A stretch of DNA of 63,972 nucleotides, the filler included, from Kipferlia bialata (Eukaryota): assembly GCA_003568945.1 (NCBI GenBank). It is 5 parts of 5 records of this genome, joined end to end, with 100 filler letters (N's around TTAATTAATTAA, not from the genome) between each part and the next. Parts side by side here need not be neighbours in the genome. Positions count along the whole stretch, not along the records: positions 1 to 14,871 come from BDIP01000762.1; 4 more parts are not named here. One strand, written 5' to 3'. Of the stretch, positions 1-13,086 are shown piece by piece. The translations under genes and the position numbers were made by a program. Every line of letters starts with the position of its first letter. Position 1 is the first letter of the stretch. The notes under the pieces were generated by a model. It saw nothing but the letters and a program-made list of their open reading frames with translations. It was not told where the DNA came from and searched no databases.

Positions 1-9
1 CTCTCTTCC

Positions 10-40
<31 letters not shown>

Positions 41-65
41 TTCCTCTTTCACTCTCTGACCTCAG

Positions 66-1779
66 GCCTCACCCACTTCTACCAGCACGCAGGCGTCAAC
101 AAGGTAGGGACTTCATACCCTCTTCCTTGTTGAACACTCTCACATTTCTACATTTGTATTTATATACACTAAATGTATTGCATTTTGTATGTATTATATC
201 TCCCCCCAGGTCCTTGCCCCCATCTGTGCCGGAGGAGAGACTGCCATTGACTGGGGCCTCTACAACACCACCCTGACTGCCTCCCCCACCTCTGCTGACG
301 TGCTGACCAACGCAGGATACGAGTGGTCTGGGGACCTCGTCAACTGGTGCGTTACTGGTAGTAGTATCCACAATCTAAATCACATGCCTCTCACTATATC
401 TCTATGCTTATAATGTAACTGCCCCTCCCCCACCCCTAGGTACGCAGGCGGCAGATACGCTACCGTTGTGATGGGACTCGACCCCACCGCCCACTATGTG
501 AGTGCATGTGTATAGTATAGTGTAGTATAGTATGGTACATCAATCCATCGTGTCCCCTGTTAGACCACTATCTCACCCCTAGGCCTGGACCACCCGTATC
601 GGATGGGTACTCAACAACTTCAGGTAAGGATGCATGGTAGTGGTAGATGGGTATAGATGGACCTCATCTTCTAGCTGTGATGATACTGATATGATGCTAT
701 TCTCATCCCCACCCACCCCCAGGGGCAGCCCCTCCGACGAGCCTCTCTCCTCCTCCATCGCTGTGGCCAGGGCCCAGTACACACCCCTCACCAACATCAA
801 CCAGGTGGGGCAGAGGATACAGGCTGTTCCTGATGCATGTATCACTACCCTCTCCACCCTCCTCCTCTTACTCACTCCCAGCTGATGGCCGATGAGAACA
901 TCCACTCCTGGGCCTACCCCTCCAACCCCGTCCCTGCTGATCTGAGGGTGGCCATTGTACTCTCCAGGGGGGCATCCGACTTCCACGCTGAGGTATCGTA
1001 ATATATATAGTGTATACATAGTGTTACATAAGTCGGTGTTCTATTGTGGTAATATGGATATTCCCACTACCCCCTCCGTCCTTGACTCCCAGTACTCGTA
1101 CCAGTGCCTTGGCCACGGCCATGCCGCTGTGGTCGACATTGTCTGCCCAGGCTGGGAGCTCCCAGAGGTATGGGTACACAGTGGAGTATACATATACTAT
1201 ATATTGGTATACTGACTACTATATCGCTCACCCCCAGGTGCAGTGCGACTCCAACATGCGCCCTGTGTCCCTTGCCCAGTGCAGTGTGTCCCTAGACGAC
1301 CTTGCAGCTGATGCCTCTGCAGACTACGACCTCTACATCATACCAGGTATATTCATTCTATATATATATATACATGTGCATCATATAAGGTGGGGATATG
1401 TATATATTGGTAAATTCGCGTATCTATATTTACTACACACTATGTATACACACTCCCCCACCCCACCCCAGGCGGTGTGTGGTCCACCACAGTTCTCAGG
1501 TCTGGTGACGAGCGTGACAAGCTCTCCACCGTCCTCAACAGGAGCACCGGAGTCATCCTGACCATGGGAGAGGCAGTCGAGGTGCCCATCGCAGCTGGCA
1601 TGCTAGATGATGTCCCTGTCTGCCCCCCTCCTGATGCCGTGTCCAACGCATACTTCGGTGGTGCCAGGGTCATGAACGGTGCCTGCCAGGTGTCAGAGGA
1701 CACAGTCATATCGGCCAGGGGAGACGACAGAAACTCTAATGTCATCGCACTCGACTTCGCCCTCTCCCTCTTCCAGTAA
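66..1779 (+). CDS. Tandem DJ-1/PfpI (class I GATase-like) domain protein, 5' part missing at window start; 9 exons visible
   Basis: Spliced translation LTHFYQHAGVNK|VLAPICAGGETAIDWGLYNTTLTASPTSADVLTNAGYEW resembles the C-terminal half of a DJ-1 domain (Cys codon 225-227). It is followed by LRVAIVLSRG..SLDDL..DYDLYIIP|GGVWSTTVLR..ISARG, a second full DJ-1 domain. Stop at 1777-1779. Confidence 0.7.
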
Positions 1780-1890
1780 GAGCATATAGTAACTGGCATA
1801 GTTAGATCTATGCAACTAGTGTATCAATAGATAGCATGTGTAGCTAGTACTGGGTTCAATGGAAATGCTACCCATTCGATAGGGTCAGTT

Positions 1891-4800
1891 ATGGTGAGGG
1901 CGGTCCCCTCGGCAGCACTCCCACAATTTGAGCAAGTCATCAATTAGTAGCAGGCCGCCAAGTCTACCCTACTCGCCCTAGGCACCACTGAAGCAGGTAT
2001 TAAAGGCCATGACCACATGCTGTGATCCTAGGCTGTGCTCTGTGTTTTTGGGGCAGATCATATCTACACCCTCTGGATTCTGGCTCTGATGATCGGGTAG
2101 AGAAAGCAGCCCAAATTGTACTAACAGTCTCTTTACACGCAGTTGTACCAGGTATGCGGCTGAGTATAACAGGTGGGAATGGGGCTGAGCAGATGGGACT
2201 GGAGGTGCCAGGAGACATTGGGCTGGGCGACACACTGGCCACACTGCTGGATGTGTACAGAGAGAGAGTGGCACAGAGAGAGAGAGCAGAGGCAGAGGAG
2301 AGTGACAGCGATGCCTGCAGCACCGACGGGGCTGAGGGAGAGGACACCATGCGAGAAGACGGTGCCCCCCTCCCCCTCCCCCTGTCCCTGTCTGTGCACC
2401 TGCCAGGCTGTACAGAGCCACTCTCTCCCTCTCTCCCACTAGGTAAACACAAACTACATCACCACAATGTATCGATTGGGTATATGTATCCCTGACCCTC
2501 ACTCCAGGCATGGTTGTGGAGGGCATGCCCGTGGGCTGTGAGGAGCTGTGTGTACTGTTCGACCACCCCCCCTCTCCCTCACCCACCATACAGATCAAGG
2601 CACCCCAGAGCAGGTATGCAAGTATGGTAGCATGCAATTATGGCATGGTCTCATGATTCACGTGTATGTACCCCCCCCCCTCTCTTTATAGTTCAAGTGG
2701 AGAGAGAGCAAGTACCAGCGTAGTATTCTGACTGTGTATTGCCCACAGTCTAAAAACCCAGCTCCTTCTGCCTCATCCCCCCTGAATCCTCATATATTCT
2801 TTTATATACACATTCCCTCACCCCCAGCGTCATGGGCCGTCTCCCCCCCAACCTGGACATGGACCCACGGTCAGTCATAGCACAAGGCATGGATAGTGCA
2901 TCATGATATACACATATACACTATATATATACAGGTCTCAAGCGTTGAGATATATCTTCCCAGTATAGAGTGCGTTATACGGTACACGTACTGTTAGAGA
3001 ATGTAGTGTAGTGTGCAGTAGAGTATATTGTACAGCGTAGATACAGACTCTTCTCACCCCAGGTGACGTGGTCAATGTCCTGTCCTCTGACCACTCCAAG
3101 TGCTTCTCATTCACAAGAGGCAAGCTGCTACAGGGGTATGTGGTAGGGGATGTGCCGATGGGTGTGGAACGGCCTCAGAGGCAGGGATACGGACAAGCAC
3201 ACAACCAGCGGACAGAGTACATGCCTGGTGTCAGGCAGCTCTCCACAAAGGTACAGTGGGGTACACTACTTGTTTCACAAGTATGTTGTATCGGCAATAC
3301 TGTTTGCCCCCTTGATCACAGTCTGTCTATCATACATACAATACCTACAATGATTCAGGCGTACCCCTTGGCTGCCTTGCAGTGTCACATTCTCAACCCA
3401 GTACATGGGTACCACTATGTATATACTCTCTTCAGCTCTCTCCAGATCTCTCGTCGTCTCTCACCCCAGGGTGGTATGTATGAGCTCCTAAGATGGGACA
3501 AGGGAGAGAAGGCCCCATATCTCACTGTGACACGTTACTGCATAGAGACCACCCCTACCCCCCACTGGGTATCGGCCCCTCTGATAGTGACAGAGGAGGC
3601 AAAGACTGCTATTCAGAGTCAGAAGAGTCTGCCTGCACTTGGATGTACTGAGACAGGTGCGTCACTCATAAAAGACTATCTGTATTCACTGTAGAACCCA
3701 TTTCTGACCCAGGTACCCCCCTAGCATACGTTACCCGAGGTGACTCCCTACCCCCTGTGATACTGGGGTATGATGCTGACAGCCACACCCTCTCTGTCCA
3801 TGCTACACTGCCAGACAGCCTTTGCCACGGTGTCTCCCATGTCTCTGGTTTAGGAGCATCAACTTGCCTTCTGTCCGGCACAGATGCTAAGAATAGTGTC
3901 CTTGTGTCCCTCTTGAATGCAGAGACACACAGTGTGCAGTGTCTTGCCATTGCCGGCAACAAGGTCGCGCTCTCCCACGCTGGGTGTGTGTTTACCACTT
4001 GTCCTGCCAAGAGTGCCAACCTACACATTGCTGTGACGAACACTACGAGTGTGTGCGTTGGTGAGGGGATCAGCCGCTTTGCGGTGAGAGGAGAGGATTT
4101 GTGGTGGACTCGAGACGGCGTCCTGTTCCGTTCCCCCCTCAACCAGTTCTCAGACACCCCTCAGCTACCCACACATGTGATGTGGGAGGGCAAGGTCGAT
4201 AGAGACACCCAACCGGTCCTAGAGTGGGATTCTCACATGACAGCAACTGACTACCCATTCCCCCCCACACTGAGATGTCAGACAGGAGCCTCTACGGTCT
4301 ACATTGCCGTCGGAGCTGGCTTCAGGCTAGCTGGGTACGCCGAGTACACCCCTGGTATTGAGACCACTATGACTCTCCCTCTTACCGGTGGTACCTATCC
4401 ATACATAGGCCAGAGCACTCCTGCTGTACAAGGCATGGCGTATGCATGTGTTGAGGGACAACTGGTATGGGTGGATCTGCACCGGCACACTGTCGGCACT
4501 ACCTACGTCTCCTGTACCGACCAGCCACAGCTATCGGCTGACCGTACCTTCCTGGTACTCTCCACACCCACAGGGCTCAAGAGGTACCCGCTGCCCACTA
4601 GGGACACAGTGAGTGCCGGGTGTGTAGAGTGTGGGATTACTGGTGTTGCCGTAGGTACTCTCTCTGGTAGTATCTGTACGGATGGTCTAGTGACCGACAG
4701 ATCTCAGCATTTCCTCTATAGGGTGTCGGGTGGACTTACCAAGCCACTGACCCCTCCCCTTATGACGACTGCCGCTACACCCCCTCGCCAGACCTTCTTA

Positions 4801-6292
4801 CACGCCAAAGACAGGCTTGAAGCGGCTCTTGCTAAGGGAGTCTCAACTGGGCTAGATGTGAGTGGGGACGGAGACATGGTCCTTTCCCTTGAGTCCCTTC
4901 TAGAGGCCAGAGTACTCTCTGACTGTACATTTACACACTGTGCATTCAGCTCTCTTATTGGAGCGACACTTGTTGGGTGCACATTCACATCATGCTCCTT
5001 TCAGCGTCTTGACTTGGTCTCTATGCGGGGCTGCACACTGCAGGGCTGCACTCTCAGCAACGTGAGTGCCCCAGGGTCCAACCTAGTTGATGTGTCTCTG
5101 GTTGGATGTCGCATGCACCGATCAAAGTGGGTGGGATCTACACTCTGTGGCGTGAGAGCACCTGATACCCCAATGACCTCATGCGACATGTCCAAGTGTG
5201 TCCTTACCAATGTGGACCTATCAGGTGGGTGTCTATAATGACCAATTACTCAATATCTTCAATTTCATCTTAGTACTGACACAGGTTCGCAGTGTCCATC
5301 CCTGGACCTTTCAGGGTCCACCCTCACCCGTGTGAAGATGCACACCTGCAACATGACGGAAGCAACACTAACAGAGACCACCTGGACGAGTTGCTCCTTA
5401 GGGGTCCTGCCTGAAAGTCAGTTGACCAGTGTGACGGTTGGTGATCTGACCGGGTGTGACATGATCGAGGCAACACTGACTGGCTCCAAGTGGGTGAGAT
5501 GCACACTAGCCTCTGCAATACTGTGTCGGTGCGACATGAGCACTGTGTCTCTAGTCGAGGTAGACATGTCGGGGTGTGACTTGACTGGCTGCAAGTTCCC
5601 TAATGGCTACCATAAGGGAAAGTTCGAGATCACTAGCCTTGCCAGAGCCTCTGTCGGTGGTTGCACTGGCCTAGCGTCTCGTCACCTCGCATATACAGTT
5701 TCTTACCCCCGTGACTCACGCAGAGGTCTTAGAGTGCTCACCAACCTCACTGACACTGACTTCTCTGGTATGAGCTTCCACAAGGCTCCAGTTAACGGCC
5801 AGATTCAGGCACAGGTCTTTAATCACCAGGGCCTTGCTGGCCGAGACCTCACCGGGTGTAACTTTGCTGGGTGTGATATGCAAGGCTTCAACTTCAAGGG
5901 CTCTACACTCACAGATGCAGTGTTCACTGGTGCCAATCTCTCTGGATGCATCTTTGCCGGCAGTGTTGGCCTCACATACGAGCAGTTCCACTCTGCTGCC
6001 GAAACGAGTAGGGCCAATGTACATGGTCTGAATCTGACCCCACAGCCAGGTGAGCCATACTACATATCAACATACTATATATCAACATGGGAATCGCTAT
6101 AGTTGATAGCTTCTCTAACCACAGCTCCATCACCTCCACATGCTGCCCCCTCGCCTCCTATCTACGGACCGGTGTGGAACTTCAGTGCACCCCAGGCACA
6201 GCCAGGTACAGACGAGACAGTGGTATATAGCCAGCAATCACTACAATCATCTTCCTAACAACTCTTCTCACCCAGGATCCGGTCAGCAGTAG
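1891..6292 (+). CDS. Large multi-exon protein with C-terminal pentapeptide repeats; 5' exons uncertain
   Basis: ORFs 2022-2495, 3068-3694, 3757-5238 and 5332-6102 can be joined in frame by GT-AG introns (e.g. 5225-5284). Pentapeptide repeats such as RDLTG CNFAG CDMQG FNFKG STLTD AVFTG ANLSG CIFAG. Last exons APSPPHAAP..|GSGQQ* end at 6292. Confidence 0.7.
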
Positions 6293-6748
6293 GCAGGAGG
6301 GGTGGTGATAAGGTGCAACTAGGAGCTGCCGCTGCAGGTAAGGGTCCGTGAGCACTGGTATAGAATGTGCTACCTATTGGCAATGCCTGACACATAGAAT
6401 CTTGGAAGTGTGAGTGTGGCAGTCCACTGATAGAAGTATCTCTGTATTGACCACCTTTTACCCCAGGCAATGACCGCCGCAGAGTAGTATGCAAGAAGTA
6501 TGGGAGAGAAGACAGAGACTGCGCTTCATCTAGAGTCTGTGACCTTTGAAGTTGAAGAGTCAAATTGGTGCCCATTTCCATCTTGATTGAAGTGTAATTA
6601 CAATAGAGTAGTTTGAGATAGTTGTGGGATGATGCTACATCCACAGTGGATGATCCACTGGCCTGAGGCGGTTTATGCGACAACACAACTCTCTACAGTT
6701 CATCTACACGATCTCTTGGTCTACAGCGTTAAGCACTGGCCGGACCTA

Positions 6749-9137
6749 ATGACCCCCTGCTTAGCAGCGATGTTCTCCCTGCTAAGCCCTAGGCTGTGGC
6801 CTATGGACACAGAGAGTGGCTGTGACGACATTGTGTGTCTGCCTGTACTGAAGGGAACGTGTCTATCGGTGGCTGGGGTGGCTCTGGTTGCCCTACTCTG
6901 TGCTCTCTGGTACCGCAGGCATTGCCACAAGAAGAACACCAGGACTTGGTACGCAGCACGCATAGCCTGGAGATGCGGTGCCTTCCTGTGGGTGTATGTG
7001 TGGGTGTCGTTCAAGCTGTACTTCTACTTTGTCAACAGCTCAGTGGACTTTCTTCAGCAGCATCAGCACCACATACCACGAGGACAAGTCAGGTGCGGGG
7101 CATGAGATGTATATATTAGTTATTCTGAACTATATGTTTGTGATTTGGATACAATCTATAGCAATCTCCAGTCTCAGGTGTACTGTCTGTTTCGGTCTCA
7201 CTCATATACTCATTGCAGGTTCTCTCATCCTCTTTATCGTGCCCTGCGTTGCCTTCACCGTGTGGCATGTGTGGGGGGTGTTGAAGCAGAGTAACGGTCC
7301 TAACAGGTATGGGTCTAGAATGTGATAACACACAGACTTGTCATTGCTCTAGTATCAGTACACACTTTCAACTGTATACTGTGAGGAGCTCTGACACTTG
7401 GTTTACAGCGACTGTATACTCGGGGGTTACTGTAACAACGTTGCCCCTTGTCACACTTGTCCCTTCTACTGTATACTGTGGTCTACAGTGCTCTAGTGAC
7501 CCACATCTTGTCACCACAGGGCATGCCTATTGGATGTGTTCGGTGCAGTAGGGCCCATTGTCACAATGCAGTTGCTGAAGGTAGTTCATCGTGGAAAGCG
7601 TTAGTGACAATCGCATATGATCTCTTCCTATTCGAGTACTGGAGGCATTGCTACAACTATGTCACACATCTATTGTTGTCATTTGCAACACGGGGTAAAG
7701 ACTCGTTCCATAGTGCAATTTCAGTGTAATTATTGCACCCACTCTCTTCCACATCTAAGCCCTTAGATTGCTGTTGCCGGACTAATCTTCACCTACAACG
7801 TCCCCTACTGCTCCGAGCATCTTGAGCCTCCTAACCCATCTCCAGCACCCACGGACACAATAGGACTGCTCCAAAAAGGTATTCGAAGGGTATTTATAAC
7901 GACTACTTACTACCCATTCTAATGTCAGTCGTTGAGCCTCTGAGGGGGTGTACAACTGAGGTACCACACGGTTGAACACACCTTTGTCTGACAGAAACTT
8001 GACCCCGTATGTTCATTATACCGGTAATGAGACGCATTGCTGTGCAAATAGTAGTGGCCTACAGTCCAGTGTATAGTGCTATCTTACTGCAGGAGAAGCA
8101 GCAGATCAGAGTGCACTTCTTGATGGTGATTGTTCTGGCCGTCCTTCACCTCGTTGCCACAGGTATATACTACACTGAAGCTTATAACTATATAGGATAG
8201 CCTCTGAATACGAATACTCACCCTAGCTATGTATCACATTCGTATTGGGAAGGTGGTCGTGTCGCCCCGAGTCCCTGTCGCTAGAGACACAAGACCCTTA
8301 GGGTGGTTCCGCAACATGTGCCGGTTCTGCCTGTCCAAGTGCTCTGCGTTCCTCTATGCCGTTGGATACCGCCTCTACTCCTGGTGGTGGGTATCCCCTC
8401 TTCTCCGGTGGTGCGTGGAGCTTGTTATCGTTGGCACTGTCGGTGGGGGGTTCATCTACCTGAACATACAGGTAGGGCCATAGAGTGTTGTACCCGAGGA
8501 CTATATGTGTTATTGCATGTTGCTGCTATTGTGCCATCTTCCACCAATATCTATTACACCTAACCCTCAGTCCGATGCTATCGTGGTCGATAAGAGAAAG
8601 AATGATGTCGAACTAGGTAAGGGTTGCAAGTTACACTATTCGGCTGTGCCAGAAGATCTGTCCCCAGTATAGCTTCGTATAGCATCGTCTAGTCCATGGA
8701 GGTCGATGTACCTTTGTAGACAGAATATATATTGTTTCCGACACATCTTACCACAGACATGTTTGACTTTGCAGTCCAGATGGCCTCTATTACCCTAGAG
8801 TGCCTCACATTTGCTCTTCTGGCCGGTATATCAGTCATCGAAGTGCACATACAGGTGGGTCGGACTGAGAATACATGTATCTGCTACAGCAACACCGTAT
8901 AGAGTGATCATGATATATTGGAAGTACTAACATTAACAGGACTACGTTGTTGGTCTCTACAACCACAGTGAGATCACCCCGACTGATGGAAACAAGCCTC
9001 AAAGACTGGATGGCAAGACTCCCTTCGTCAATACACCCACGACAGCTACAGACGGTCACACCCACACATCCCAACAGGCAGCAGCAACCCCCGAGGCACT
9101 AGGAGTAACGGGACACCCCTTAAGAGGAACAGTGTGA
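6749..9137 (+). CDS. Hypothetical multi-pass membrane protein, multi-exon
   Basis: Hydrophobic exon segments (VAGVALVALLCALWY; GAFLWVYVWVSFKLYFY; SLILFIVPCVAFTVW; FLMVIVLAVLHLVA; VELVIVGTVGGGFIY) with GT/AG boundaries. Last exon DYVVGLYNHSE..GTV* ends at 9137. No family recognised. Confidence 0.45.
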
Positions 9138-9721
9138 TCATCACTGTGGTGTGATCCCACCCCCCAACATATATCATATGGTATAGAATACCATATTTAT
9201 ATGTACAATAGACATTTGTCTTGTTGATACTATTCTTATGCGAAGATAATCACTGACTCTTGAGACTGGCATTGCCTCTGTGGACATTATATGTCCACTA
9301 GGTCCAGTTAGTCAGTCCAATCGGGGTTGGATGGCTTGACGTCTATTCTCGGAGGACAATCGGAGATTCTGGGCCAGACATGGGAGAGATCGGAGAAAGA
9401 GGCTCACACAGTAGTCTCTCTTCAGAATACAGTAACAGGCTACCAGAGCAGATCTACTCACCGTTGGTCACACTGGAGGTATACACTTACTATGGCGTTG
9501 TGGCAACATGATATTCACTGACATTTATCATCTGGTCACTTGGTGGTGGTTGGATTGAATCGAGTGAAGGATGTTCATTGTATTCTACACTCTGTGTTCC
9601 ACCTGAAGACCTTTGTCCTAAGAGGTCATAGTGTGTTTGTGTATGGTAGAGTGTGTTTTCCATTGTGCAGCCCCCCCCCCCCCCCCCCCCCTCCCCCCCC
9701 CCCCCTCCCGTCTCATTCAAG

Positions 9722-9887
9722 GTCCCAACATGACGATGCTCAGATTGGCGAGTGCACCTTCCGTCCCCAGACCAATGAGCAGGTAGGAGTGTTGTGCTAC
9801 TTTTCAATGTTATTATTATGATTCTTCCCGGGCTCTTATATTTAGGGTGTCCGTAACCTTGTTCGCCACATCCTTGATGATGAGTAG
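9722..9887 (+). CDS. Two small 3'-terminal exons (SQHDDAQIGECTFRPQTNEQ|GVRNLVRHILDDE*), upstream part unclear
   Basis: Clean phase-0 intron 9783-9845, C-ending codon bias and an ECTFxP-like motif. Lies just after a poly-C tract. Confidence 0.3.
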
Positions 9888-10524
9888 ACAGTGGTTATCA
9901 TGTGCTCTGTTTGGGAGGTATACTGGACATGAACGTGATCCATAGTATTCTTCTCAGGAAGCACTTGTTTGTACAAGTAATTTGAGAATTGGGAAATAGA
10001 AGTAGTATCTTGGACGCCACTGCATCTCTTTGAATTATGAATGACCAAGTTGTTTCAATTTACACAGTGTGAACATAATATGAACAGCGAAACAAGAGCT
10101 GGAGATACTAAGGACAATGAGATGTACTGACTCCGCACTTCTAGAATGGAACACACATAGGGCCTTATGGATTTCCTTTGGCTCTGAATTATTGGTTAAT
10201 TGGAGTTCTGTATCAACCAAAGTTGCACATACGGCCATTGCGGCTGAAGCGGGTGGATCAAAGCGTTAAGCCGACAATCGGCCCGATTCATCACATCTCG
10301 CTTCCTCATCACTTCTCGCATTGTGGAAGGACAGCCAAAAAGGGTTCAGGTGTTTTTGTCTTTCCCGCGAATTAGTCCCGCGAATTATTGTTCATATTTC
10401 GCGGAACGTCCCACCTGGTGACCAGCGAAGACCGGAGTTCAGGGGTTTACCTGAGAACAAAAACAGTCGGTGACAGAAACGAGATGTACAGCTCTCTCTT
10501 TAAGTCGACCTATAGACCTCATAG

Positions 10525-12795
10525 ATGCCATTCTCCGTTGGACAGGTGTGTCATTGCTAGATTAGTATGCGTTGAGGTAGTGTGTGGCTTTCTTTATGGT
10601 TTAGTAGGGTTTAGTTTGTTTCCGCTACTACTTGTGACTCGTTTTGGGTATACAGTCGTTGTTTGGGTGCTCTATATCCCCTAGTGTGTGAATGTGTGCT
10701 CCCAATAGCTCTATGGTGACTTTTTGCTGCATTTCTGTGTCAATGTGTCTAACCGCCAGAAAGTGCTGCTTGCCCACCTCATGGACGATGAGGGCAACAA
10801 GCTCGTGACTGACGTGCTCCCCGAGGCTGGAACCACCATCAACCTCAGGATCACCGATACCCTCACCCAGGTACTTCTGGTCTGATTATTCTTTGTTAGT
10901 CACTCGATTTGGCATTGAGACGATACGGTTTTCTATCTCGTTATTCTGTGTTGAATGACTCCTCCTCACTCCAGGATGCCACCGGAACCTTCGCCTACAT
11001 CGAGTTCGAGGCCATGAAGGTTGACCGCGTCAAGGCTGAGCGTTGCGTGTCCTACGTCGACCACCAGCTGATGCAGGCTGACTTCAAGAACGCCGATGAC
11101 CACGACTTCCTGCGCTCCTGCGCTGCCAAGTTCGGCATCAAGCTGTCCCGTGCCGGTAACGGTATCTGCCACCAGGTGCACCTTGAGCGTTTCGCCCGCC
11201 CCGGCAAGACCCTCATCGGCTCTGACTCCCACACCCCCACCGCCGGAGGTGTTGGCCAGATCGCCCTCGGTGCTGGTGGCCTCAACGTCACCCTCGCCAT
11301 GGCTGGCCAGGCCTTCCCCATGAAGATGCCCAAGTTCGTTGGAGTCCACCTCACCGGCAAGCTCAACGAGTGGTGCACTGCCAAGGACGTGATCCTCGAG
11401 ATCCTCCGCCGTGACGGAGTGCGTGGAGGCAAGGGCTTCCTGTACGAGTACTACGGTGAGGGCGTCAAGAACCTGTCCGTCCCCCAGCGTGCCACCATCA
11501 CCAACATGGGAACCGAGCTCGGAGCCACCACCTCCATCTTCCCCTCCGACGAGGCCACCAAGGAGTTCATGATCAAGCAGGAGCGTGAGGAGGACTGGTG
11601 CGAGATGACCTGCGACGAGGGCGTCAAGTGGGACCGTGAGATCGAGATCAACCTCGCCGACATCGTGCCTATGGTTGCCAAGCCCCACTCCCCAGGCAAC
11701 GTGTGCCGCATGGACGAGCTCGAGCCCGAGAAGGTGAACCAGGTCGTTGTTGGATCCTGCACCAACTCCTCCTACGAGGACCTCATGGCCGTTGCCTCCA
11801 TGCTCAAGGGCAAGACCCTCCCCCCCCACGTCTCCATGGGAATCCTCCCCGGATCCCGCCAGGTGCTCTCCCTCCTCGCCAGGAACGGTGCCCTCGCTGA
11901 CATGGTTGGCGCTGGATGCCGTATCCTCGAGTCTGGCTGCGGTGGCTGCATCGGCCTTGGATTCTCCCCCAGGTCCGACTCCATCACCGTCCGTACCTTC
12001 AACCGTAACTTCCACGGACGTTGCGGAACCAAGTCCGCCGGCAACTACCTCGTGTCCCCCGAGACCGCCACTGCCTGCGCCCTCAAGGGATGCTTCACCG
12101 ACCCCCGTACCCTCGGCCTTGACGTGCCCGTGATCCCCGAGTACAAGCCCGTCGTTGACGACTCCATGATCATCCCCGCCCTCCCCCCCAAGGAGTCCGA
12201 GAAGGTCGAGATCATCCGCGGACCCAACATCAAGCCCATGCCCACCCTCCAGCCCGTGTCCGACCTCACCGACATCGAGGTCTCCCTCTACACTGGCGAC
12301 GACATCACCACAGATGACATCATGATGGCTGGCGCCAAGGTGCTCCCCTTCAGGTCCAACATCCCCGAGCTCGCCAAGTTCTGCTTCAACCCCGTTGACC
12401 CCACCTTCCCCGAGCGTGCCCTTGCCCTCGGCAGGTCCGTCGTGATCGGAGGCTTCAACTACGGCCAGGGATCTTCCCGCGAGCACGCTGCCATCGCTCC
12501 CCTCCACCTTGGAGTCAGGGCTGTGATCGCCAAGACCTACGCCCGTATCCACGCTGAGAACCTCGCTGCCTGGGGCATTGTCCCCCTCGAGTTCCTCAAC
12601 AAGGACGACTACGCCGACATCAAGCGCGACGACCACCTTGACATGCCCAACCTCGTTGAGCAGCTCAACGCTGGCAAGAACGTGCAGGTCACCAACAAGC
12701 GCACTGGCAACACCTACGAGTGTGAGTGTGTGGTGTCTGGCCGTGGACTCGACCAGCTCATGGCCGGAGGAGCCCTTCTCCAGGCCGCCCAGTAA
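10525..12795 (+). CDS. acn: Aconitate hydratase of the short prokaryotic (Aquifex/Clostridium/archaeal-like) type, about 650 aa; exons 10525-10545, 10760-10870, 10975-12795
   Basis: MPFSVGQ|KVLLAHL..ITDTLTQ|DATGT..SYVDH..GNGICHQVHLERF..GSDSHTPT..GSCTNSS..GCGGCIG..TFNRNF..NYGQGSSREHAA..ARIH. All three [4Fe-4S] Cys ligands are present. Both introns are phase 0 with branch-point acceptors. Confidence 0.95.
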
Positions 12796-13086
12796 GGGAT
12801 GCCCTAGACCCCCCCAGTGTGCCATGAGGCACGCTCGGATATATTATAGACAAGTTGGATTCCTAGGCCAGCTTGGATCCGTTTAGTGTGGATCTGTTGC
12901 GGTGAATAGACAGATTTATGTATCAATGCAGAGTTCAGAAGTTGGTGTGTATTTTTGAGTGTGTTGGCTAGAGTCATGAGGAGATAGTCCTCGTGGATCT
13001 CCTTATGCAGCACTATATGCCTCAAGTCCCAGATATTTGTCAAAAATAATGGTCATACTTCTCGACATAATACACCAGGTCTATTA

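Noticed and set aside
10966..12825. 619-aa minus-strand ORF
   Set aside because: In-register antisense shadow of the aconitase exon, explained by strong codon bias (avoidance of TTA/CTA/TCA); no protein motifs.
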